DNA from: Ignavibacteriota bacterium
GTDB taxonomy: Bacteria; Bacteroidota; Ignavibacteria; UBA10030; UBA6906
Direction of reading: 5' to 3'
Assembly (NCBI GenBank): GCA_963801355.1
Contig: CAWDEM010000004.1
Location: 704,001-768,000 of the forward strand
Length of the DNA stretch: 64,000 nucleotides
This document shows positions 57,417 to 64,000 of this stretch, in pieces (positions within the stretch are counted from its first letter, which is position 1; every line of letters starts with the position of its first letter). Under the pieces are notes generated by a model. That model did not search any database. It had not been told where the DNA came from and saw only the letters and a program-made list of their open reading frames with translations. Both the position numbers and the translations under genes were made by a program.

Positions 57417-58783
57417 CGGAACCCACCTCCTCCCGGGCGCGCACCACCACTCTGGGGAGTAAGCGGACTTCTGGCCTGCTCTGCCTGAGCGCCATTCGCA
57501 TAGTTGATGCCCAGCACGACCCGGTCGCCGGCTTTCAGCACGGGGCTGACCGCCTCGGTAGACTTCCCGTCGGTAATTCCGGTCCGCACCATTACCGGCT
57601 CGAGTTTGCCGGAGGCATTGACGACCCATACCCGGCCACGCCCCGTCGGTTGTGACGCCACACTGGCGTTCTTCTGATACTCCGGAAAACGGAGGTCGAT
57701 GCCAAACTGCGTGTGGGTAGGCGGTTTTGTGGTGATTGCCGCAGGCGCGGCCTGTAGAGAATCGCGGAGCGCGCGGAAGCGTTCGCGGCGACTGTCGGCC
57801 ATCCCCGTGTCACCTCTCCCGCCGCCCCGGGAGCCAAGCGCTCCCTTTGCCTTCGTTGTATCGATGACGTCAACCGGTGGTTGGAAACGGAGCGCCATAT
57901 TGGGGATCTTCAGCACGCCCTGTGCGCTCGCAACGAGGATCTTCACATTGGCCGTCATTCCCGGCATGAGTTTCAATTGATCGTTGTTCACGGCAATGAC
58001 AACGGTGTAGTTCACGACATTCTGCACAGTGACCGGCGCCAGTCGTACCTGTGCTACTATTCCCCGGAATGTCTCGTCGGGATAGGAATCAACCGTAAAC
58101 GTGGCTTCCTGGCCCATGCTGATACGCCCGATATCCGATTCGTCGACTGTGGTGAGGACCTGCATCCGTCTCAAGTCATTGGCGATAGTGTAGAGTGTCG
58201 GCGAGGAAAAACTCGCAGCAACAGTCTGGCCGATATTGACTGCGCGGTTGATTACGACCCCGCTGATGGGTGCGTAGATCGTGGCATAGGCGAGATTGAT
58301 TTTTGCGCGGTCGATTGTTGCCTGTGCGGACTTCATGGAGGCGGTGTTGGACTGGAACGTGGTAAGTGCAGCGTCATAGTTCAGCTGTGATTCAAGACCC
58401 CGTACAAGCAGGGTCTCCACCCGGGTGAGACTCCGCCGGCTTTCGTCGAATTGTGCCTTGGCACGGTCAAAATTCGCTTCAGCGTCTTTCACCGCCTGCA
58501 CGAGAAACGTTGAATCGATCTGCGCAATCACCTGGCCCTTCTTCACGACTGAGTTGAAATCAGCGTAGAGTTTTGCCACGATCCCCGAGACCTGTGTTCC
58601 CACATCTACCGTCGTTACCGGGTTGATTGTCCCCGTCGCGGTTACGTACACGGTCAGATCGCCGGTCGTGACTGTATCGAATCTGAAATCATACTTCTCC
58701 GCCTTGTTGCCAACAAACAGATAGTAAGCGACGGCAGCCAGAACAAGGACAACCAGGGATGAGATAACAACTCTCTTGGTCAT
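57413..58783 (-). CDS. MacA-like periplasmic adaptor subunit
   Basis: N-terminal TM; VGTQVSG, IYAPISGVVI, LMPGMTANV. Confidence 0.93.
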   Translation of the reverse strand: MTKRVVISSLVVLVLAAVAYYLFVGNKAEKYDFRFDTVTTGDLTVYVTATGTINPVTTVDVGTQVSGIVAKLYADFNSVVKKGQVIAQIDSTFLVQAVKDAEANFDRAKAQFDESRRSLTRVETLLVRGLESQLNYDAALTTFQSNTASMKSAQATIDRAKINLAYATIYAPISGVVINRAVNIGQTVAASFSSPTLYTIANDLRRMQVLTTVDESDIGRISMGQEATFTVDSYPDETFRGIVAQVRLAPVTVQNVVNYTVVIAVNNDQLKLMPGMTANVKILVASAQGVLKIPNMALRFQPPVDVIDTTKAKGALGSRGGGRGDTGMADSRRERFRALRDSLQAAPAAITTKPPTHTQFGIDLRFPEYQKNASVASQPTGRGRVWVVNASGKLEPVMVRTGITDGKSTEAVSPVLKAGDRVVLGINYANGAQAEQARSPLTPQSGGARPGGGGFR

Positions 58784-58852
58784 GAGGACTTCCTACGCAT
58801 AGTGAAAACGGGGTTGGTTCCGCACTTTTTAACAATGAGGCCCAGCATCATA

Positions 58853-58930
58853 AAGACGCGATTTTTCGGGTTTTTTCCAATTCTTGCCTCGTCTTTCCTC
58901 AGTTAGACCCCGCAGGAGGGTTTTTGTTTA
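58853..58930 (-). promoter_or_regulatory. Two candidate ECF-sigma promoters upstream of the MacAB-like operon
   Basis: Minus strand TAAAC-N17-GTCTAA and GGAAA-N15-CGTCTT. Confidence 0.4.
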
Positions 58931-59707
58931 ACGCGCTTCCGTTACCACTTCTGCAATGAACGCCATCATTCGTTTGTAGTGCGTCCCTTCCCAATAGATG
59001 CGTCCGCACTTGGGGCAAGCGGCAAAGCGTTCGCATGCGGCTCCAACCCGGGCTGGAATGCGTTCGAGAACCGCTTCCTTTGCTGCACTTACCAAAAGGA
59101 TATTGCAGGGGAGGCAACGTGAGAGGGGTTCGGCCGATCCCCCGAGGTCGAAGCGTTTCACAACTTCCAGGATCTGCTTCCGGGGATTGTCTGTCTCTAC
59201 GGCATATGCGCGTACGAGGCGCGGGTCCCGCAGGAGCGCCCGGTCCTTACTCAGGAGGACACGGTGTTCTTCCAGTGAAATACTGATGAGCTGGTCATCG
59301 GTCGATGTCGGCGTGAAGAACGCGTCAAAACCAAACATCCGGAGGAACGTCGCAAGCTTTCCCAGATGAACATCCAGCACGAACGCCGGCCTGCGAAGAG
59401 GTCGTGATCGGAGTCGTTGTATCCGTCCGATATCGAATGTCTCAAAGACCGGATACATGCTGACCCGGTCACCACCCGCAATATGTGTTTCGAATTGCGC
59501 CACTTCGCCGTTGCGCAGCACAAGATCCACCTCCGACCGGGGAATTCCCAACAGCGCGAGAAGCCCGGCTATGGTGGTATCTCCGGGAACCGGCACCGGA
59601 AATGCAGTGAACCGCAATCCGGGTGCGAGGTGGTCGTTCAGTTCTGCATAGCACCGGACATTGACCGTTGCGGTCTCCTGTATCGGAGTCTCAGAGTCCT
59701 TTGACAA
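58928..59707 (-). CDS. Ub-Mut7C ubiquitin-like domain fused to Mut7-C (PIN-fold) RNase
   Basis: YAELNDHL...GIPRSEVDLVLRNG...GDRVSMYPVF; FVLDVHLGKLA; RCLPCN...CPKCGRIYWEGTH. Confidence 0.9.
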   Translation of the reverse strand: MSKDSETPIQETATVNVRCYAELNDHLAPGLRFTAFPVPVPGDTTIAGLLALLGIPRSEVDLVLRNGEVAQFETHIAGGDRVSMYPVFETFDIGRIQRLRSRPLRRPAFVLDVHLGKLATFLRMFGFDAFFTPTSTDDQLISISLEEHRVLLSKDRALLRDPRLVRAYAVETDNPRKQILEVVKRFDLGGSAEPLSRCLPCNILLVSAAKEAVLERIPARVGAACERFAACPKCGRIYWEGTHYKRMMAFIAEVVTEAR

Positions 59708-59987
59708 CGTTCAGGAAGTCCTTGTACTGCAGTGCGGACCAGGTTTCCGCTTTCACCGCCCCCTTGGCCATCGTAATCAAGGAAACCTTCGCGGCGGCTC
59801 GTTCATCAGGAGCTTCATAAATATCCATGAAGTCAAATGATCCGAGCAGGGCATAGTGATTTATCCATTTGACTTCGGGGCATTTCTTCTTCACCTCGGC
59901 GAACCATTTGCGACCGACCTGCTCACGGTTCTTCGGCGTCCCGAAGCTGCTCGCCGAGAGTTTCGAAAGAAGAATAAATGTGGCCAT
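59691..59987 (-). CDS. GYD domain protein
   Basis: MATFILLSKL, YALLGSFDFMDIYEAPD; AGGAG RBS. Confidence 0.8.
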   Translation of the reverse strand: MATFILLSKLSASSFGTPKNREQVGRKWFAEVKKKCPEVKWINHYALLGSFDFMDIYEAPDERAAAKVSLITMAKGAVKAETWSALQYKDFLNVVKGL

Positions 59988-60117
59988 GGGGACTCCTGTG
60001 GATGATGAATGGAGATCGCTGCTACAACCCCCTGCTCCGAATCTACTGAGCCGGGGTGCTAAACGCAACCGGCGGCAGACTTGGCCGGCCGGAAGATGTG
60101 CCTGGCACATGGTTTGC

Positions 60118-60146
60118 TTGACAATCGAGTTGTGAGGCTGTACCTT
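60118..60146 (+). promoter_or_regulatory. Sigma70 promoter
   Basis: TTGACA-N17-TACCTT. Confidence 0.65.
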
Positions 60147-60190
60147 AAGCCGGAAAGAAGCACCGTATTGTCTCCCTACGGGAGTTCCAT

Positions 60191-60225
60191 ACTCAGATTC
60201 GTGTGACTCAGATTCGTGTGACTCA
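60191..60225 (+). repeat. 15-bp tandem duplication spanning the start codon
   Basis: ACTCAGATTCGTGTG x2 followed by ACTCA. Confidence 0.85.
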
Positions 60226-62959
60226 TCGCCGATTGATCGGCCTCCTCGTGGGTTTCCTCGCTCTGCACTCCATGATGCCGGGTGCGTTCCTGAGGGATGT
60301 CCCTGTCACCGTGACACAGCCTGACAGTTCAATCCTGCACTGCTATGCCTCAGGCGATGAGTTCCACAACTGGCTGCACGATCGCGACGGGTTCACCATC
60401 ATACAGGATTCCCGGTCAGGCTATTTCATGTATGCCGTCAAACGGAACGGCGACATTCTTGCATCGGCAGCTCGCCCCGGTGTGGATGATCCCCGGACGG
60501 CAGGGCTCCCCGCCAACGTGAACCTCTCCCCGCAGGAAGTCAACGACCGTCGCGCCGCGTGGGAATCCTATGTGCCTCATGGGATTGCGCTTGCCCCGCG
60601 TACCGGGAGAATCAACAACGTGGTGATCTTCATCCGGTTCAGCGATGAGGAGGAGTTCACTGCCGCTCCTGCCGTGTACAGTGACATGTTCAATAACTCC
60701 AACGCAGGAGTCAATTCTCTCTATAACTACTTTCGTGAAGTATCGTACGGAACTCTGGAAGTGTCCTCGACTTTCTATCCTGTATCGCCAGGCCCCACAG
60801 TGCTGTCATACCAGGACACCGAACCACGGGCGTATTACATGCCATACAGCACGACCAACACCCTGGGCTACAGCGATGCACAGCGCAGCGCACGCGAACG
60901 GGCGTTGCTGGTGCGGGCTGTCGGGGCGGTCGCCCCGCAAATTCCCGCCGACCTCGGAATCGATGCCGACTACGACGGGTACGTGGACAATGTCTGCTTC
61001 ATCGTGAAGGGCTCTCCCACCGCCTGGTCGACACTTCTCTGGCCGCACATGTCGTCCATGGGATCCTCGGGACCGCTTCTTGCAGGCAAGAAAGTTGCGG
61101 GCTACAATCTGCAGATCGAATCAATGGCGCGGGTCGGTGTGTTCTGCCATGAAATGATGCACACCCTCGGCGCTCCGGATGCCTACCGGTATGCGTCCCC
61201 CGATGCGGTGACTCCCGTGGGAGGCTGGGATGTCATGGCGTCGACGTCGAATCCTCCGCAGCACCCGGGCGCGTATATCCGGTTCAGATACATGACATGG
61301 ATCGCACATCTTCCCCGCATCACGGCTTCGGGTCGGTATGCGCTGAGACCGGTGAGTTCATCAGTGATGAACTGCTATCGCATCGATTCGCCCAACCCCG
61401 GGGAGTTCTTCGTCCTGGAATACCGGAAGAGAACGTCGGTGTTTGAGAATTCAATCCCCGGGGAAGGCCTTATCGTGTACAGGATCGATAGTCTCGCGAG
61501 CGGCAATGCAAGCGGGCCTCCCGATGGGATCTATGTCTACAGGCCGGGAGGGAATCCGGGTCCGGCCGGACCTCAGAACGGCTCTCTGAACCTTGCTGCG
61601 TTGAGCAGCACATCGGGCCGCGTGGCAATGAACGATACGACCAATCCGGCCTGCTACCTTACCTCCGGAGCACTGGGAAATCTCGATGTCTCCGGTGTCG
61701 GCGCTCCGGGCGACAGCATGTACTTCACCGTCACCCTCCGCACACAGAGCCCGACGTGGGTCAGGATCTCTCCGCCGGTCACAAATGCGCTGAACGCCAT
61801 CAGCGGTGCAGGTAAACGCACCGCCTGGATAGCCGGCTCCAGCGTGGTCCTGCGTTCGACGGACGGCGGCACCTCATGGAACAGTCTTGTCGGTGCACCC
61901 AAGTCGGCTCTGTACGCGATTTCCGCGCTGGACAGCCTCACCTGCTGGACTATTGGATCATCAATGATTTACAGGACGGTTGATGGAGGAAGCAACTGGT
62001 CTTCGCTGGCGGTGACCCTGCCGTCCGGTGGCCGGCTGACCGGTTGTGCAATGGTGTCGCCGACGACCGGATGGGTTGTGGGATCAGGCGGTGTGGTCTA
62101 TCGGACCACGAATCGCGGTGACAGCTGGGCACTCGTTCCGCTCGGGCTTACAACGAAGCTCAATGCCGTGTTCTTCCTGAACCAGGCACGAGGATGGATT
62201 GCCGGTGATGCGGGCACGGTACTGCTGACATCGGACAGCGGTCGGACCTGGTCACAGCGGTCCGTGACCGACACGACGACTCTTCTTTCAGTTGCGTTTG
62301 TGGATACGGGGAGAGGCGTGGCGGTGGGACGGCTCGGCCGCATTTTCCAGACCACCGACGGCGGGACATCCTGGTCACTCCGGCCTGTGAATACGCGATC
62401 GCATCTCAACGGTGTGCATTTCGCCGGTCGTGACTCGGGGTGGGCGGTGGGCGAAAATGGCTCGATCATGAAAACCCTGGATGGCGGCATGCACTGGTCA
62501 GGTGATCTGAGCGGCACGATGGTGTCGCTTCGCGGACTCACCGTACTTGACGGTCACACCGCTCTGATTGTCGGCAACACCGGGACGATTCTCCGGTCGA
62601 CATTCTCGCCCACGACAGGTATTGAACCGCATCCCGCCGCCCTGCCGGTGCGTGCCCGCCTGGCACAAAACTATCCAAATCCATTCAATCCGAGTACGAC
62701 GATAGGCTACACAGTACCGGGAACCGGCGATAGGCACCAGGCAATAGGCCATGGGCAGGAGGCAACAGGTAAGAGGTGGGTGCGGCTCAGCGTATACGAT
62801 GTGCTCGGTCGCGAGGTGGCAGTGCTGGTTGATGAACCGGAGGATCCGGGGGAGTATCGGGTACGGTTTGACGGCAGTCTCCTCGCCAGCGGATTGTATT
62901 TCTATAGACTGGCTGTCGATGACGCGGCGGAGGCACGGGGAATGCTGCTTCTCAAATGA
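60203..62959 (+). CDS. M6-family metalloprotease with YCF48/BNR propeller and T9SS sorting domain
   Basis: QPD...GDEFHNW propeptide, CHEMMHTLGAPD, VGGWDVM, repeated (S/T)xDGGxxW boxes, QNYPNPFNPST. Confidence 0.9.
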   Translation: MTQIRVTHRRLIGLLVGFLALHSMMPGAFLRDVPVTVTQPDSSILHCYASGDEFHNWLHDRDGFTIIQDSRSGYFMYAVKRNGDILASAARPGVDDPRTAGLPANVNLSPQEVNDRRAAWESYVPHGIALAPRTGRINNVVIFIRFSDEEEFTAAPAVYSDMFNNSNAGVNSLYNYFREVSYGTLEVSSTFYPVSPGPTVLSYQDTEPRAYYMPYSTTNTLGYSDAQRSARERALLVRAVGAVAPQIPADLGIDADYDGYVDNVCFIVKGSPTAWSTLLWPHMSSMGSSGPLLAGKKVAGYNLQIESMARVGVFCHEMMHTLGAPDAYRYASPDAVTPVGGWDVMASTSNPPQHPGAYIRFRYMTWIAHLPRITASGRYALRPVSSSVMNCYRIDSPNPGEFFVLEYRKRTSVFENSIPGEGLIVYRIDSLASGNASGPPDGIYVYRPGGNPGPAGPQNGSLNLAALSSTSGRVAMNDTTNPACYLTSGALGNLDVSGVGAPGDSMYFTVTLRTQSPTWVRISPPVTNALNAISGAGKRTAWIAGSSVVLRSTDGGTSWNSLVGAPKSALYAISALDSLTCWTIGSSMIYRTVDGGSNWSSLAVTLPSGGRLTGCAMVSPTTGWVVGSGGVVYRTTNRGDSWALVPLGLTTKLNAVFFLNQARGWIAGDAGTVLLTSDSGRTWSQRSVTDTTTLLSVAFVDTGRGVAVGRLGRIFQTTDGGTSWSLRPVNTRSHLNGVHFAGRDSGWAVGENGSIMKTLDGGMHWSGDLSGTMVSLRGLTVLDGHTALIVGNTGTILRSTFSPTTGIEPHPAALPVRARLAQNYPNPFNPSTTIGYTVPGTGDRHQAIGHGQEATGKRWVRLSVYDVLGREVAVLVDEPEDPGEYRVRFDGSLLASGLYFYRLAVDDAAEARGMLLLK
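62718..62780 (+). repeat. Heptamer tandem repeat (AGGCAAY-like, about 9 units) inside the sorting domain
   Basis: CGGGAAC CGGCGAT AGGCACC AGGCAAT AGGCCAT GGGCAGG AGGCAAC AGGTAAG AGGTGGG. Confidence 0.75.
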
Positions 62960-63033
62960 CAGCAGGGTGTGGCGCTGGCTGGGGAAGAGGGATATTCGTA
63001 TATTATAAAGATATCCCTTAACCAGCGGACAGC

Positions 63034-64000
63034 ATGGGCATCAACGAAGAAATTCAACGCCGGCGTACATTCGCGATCATTTCCCACCCTGACGCCGGCA
63101 AGACCACCCTCACCGAGAAATTTCTCCTCTATGGCAATGCCGTCCAGCTGGCGGGCTCCGTAACGGCCCGCAAGAAGCAGCGTGAGACGGCTTCAGACTG
63201 GATGGAACTCGAACGGAAGCGGGGCATTTCGATCAGCTCCACAGTGCTTCAGTTTGAGTACGACGGCTACCGTATCAATCTGCTTGATACGCCGGGCCAC
63301 CAGGATTTCTCCGAGGATACGTACCGGGTGCTTACCGCGGTCGACGCCGTCGTGATGGTGATCGATTCTGCGAAAGGTATTGAGACGCAGACCCGCAAGC
63401 TCTTTGAAGTATGCCGGAGGCGGCGAATACCGATCTTTACATTCATGAACAAGCTCGATCGGCCGACCAGGGATCCTCTGGAACTTCTTGACGAGCTTGA
63501 ACATGTGCTGGGCATCGGGGCGTTTCCGATGAACTGGCCACTGGGGACGGGATTCCAATTCCGCGGTGTGTTCGACAGGCTTTCGAAGGAAGTACATCTT
63601 TTCGAATTCGGTGCGGGCGGTGCTTACCGGGTGCCTGTAGAGATCGGCTCGCTGGCGGATCCCGTCATCGCGGAGCGCATGGATGCCGATGAGCGGAAGT
63701 CGCTGGCGGAAGAGATGGAGATGCTGGACCAGGCAGGAGCCAAGTTCAGTCCTGCTGACGTGCTCGCCGGCCGCATCACACCGGTGTTCTTTGGCAGCGC
63801 GCGGAACAATTTCGGCGTGCAACTGCTGCTTGACGGTTTTCTGAAGTATGCCGAATCGCCGCGGCCGCGCCTAAGCAACGGTGTCGTGATTCCGGTCAAC
63901 AAGAATGTCTTCTCGGGCTTCATCTTCAAGATTCAGGCAAACATGGATCCGCGCCACAGGGACCGGATCGCGTTCCTGCGTGTCTGTTCCGGCGTTTTTT
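63034..64000 (+). CDS. prfC: Peptide chain release factor 3, 5' part (runs off the window)
   Basis: Manual translation: MGINEEIQRRRTFAIISHPDAGKTTLTEK...DTPGHQDFSEDTYR...FKIQANMDPRHRDRIAF. Confidence 0.97.
   Translation, partial: MGINEEIQRRRTFAIISHPDAGKTTLTEKFLLYGNAVQLAGSVTARKKQRETASDWMELERKRGISISSTVLQFEYDGYRINLLDTPGHQDFSEDTYRVLTAVDAVVMVIDSAKGIETQTRKLFEVCRRRRIPIFTFMNKLDRPTRDPLELLDELEHVLGIGAFPMNWPLGTGFQFRGVFDRLSKEVHLFEFGAGGAYRVPVEIGSLADPVIAERMDADERKSLAEEMEMLDQAGAKFSPADVLAGRITPVFFGSARNNFGVQLLLDGFLKYAESPRPRLSNGVVIPVNKNVFSGFIFKIQANMDPRHRDRIAFLRVCSGVF

Noticed and set aside
63193-63929. Minus-strand ORFs at the window end
   Set aside because: Shadows of prfC on the plus strand, which the track missed because it has no stop codon in the window

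Overview
Gene-dense chromosomal window from a moderately GC-rich Gram-negative bacterium. By inference it belongs to the Ignavibacteria/Chlorobi side of the Bacteroidota-FCB lineage: four secreted proteins end in a YPNPFN-type T9SS/FlgD-Ig sorting domain, there are CarboxypepD-TonB receptors and a DUF4249-like lipoprotein, yet canonical Shine-Dalgarno and TTGACA-type promoters are used. Housekeeping genes: pyruvate kinase 3' part, gpmA, galM, typA, queE, ygiD, a MacAB-like exporter and the 5' part of prfC (absent from the ORF track). I see no rRNA, tRNA, CRISPR array, transposase or integrase. Strongest leads: (1) a two-gene unit with a periplasmic pentaheme cytochrome c (one atypical CX3CH motif) and a Cyc2-like heme-porin fusion, a candidate minimal outer-membrane electron conduit; (2) a tightly coupled operon of about 20 kb combining an orphan NSAR/OSBS racemase, a Gram-positive-style sugar ABC importer without ATPase and six poorly characterised glycan-enzyme-like proteins, with a degenerate WYL regulator, a UroD-family gene and a PL9 lyase upstream; (3) an orphan Pycsar-type membrane effector; (4) an exported Lys/Glu-repeat protein with two PBCV basic-adaptor-like modules; (5) heptamer DNA repeats in the same loop of two T9SS sorting domains; (6) an ECF-FecR-TonB signalling locus whose receptor lacks part of its plug. 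All family calls come from motif recognition by eye, not from database searches.
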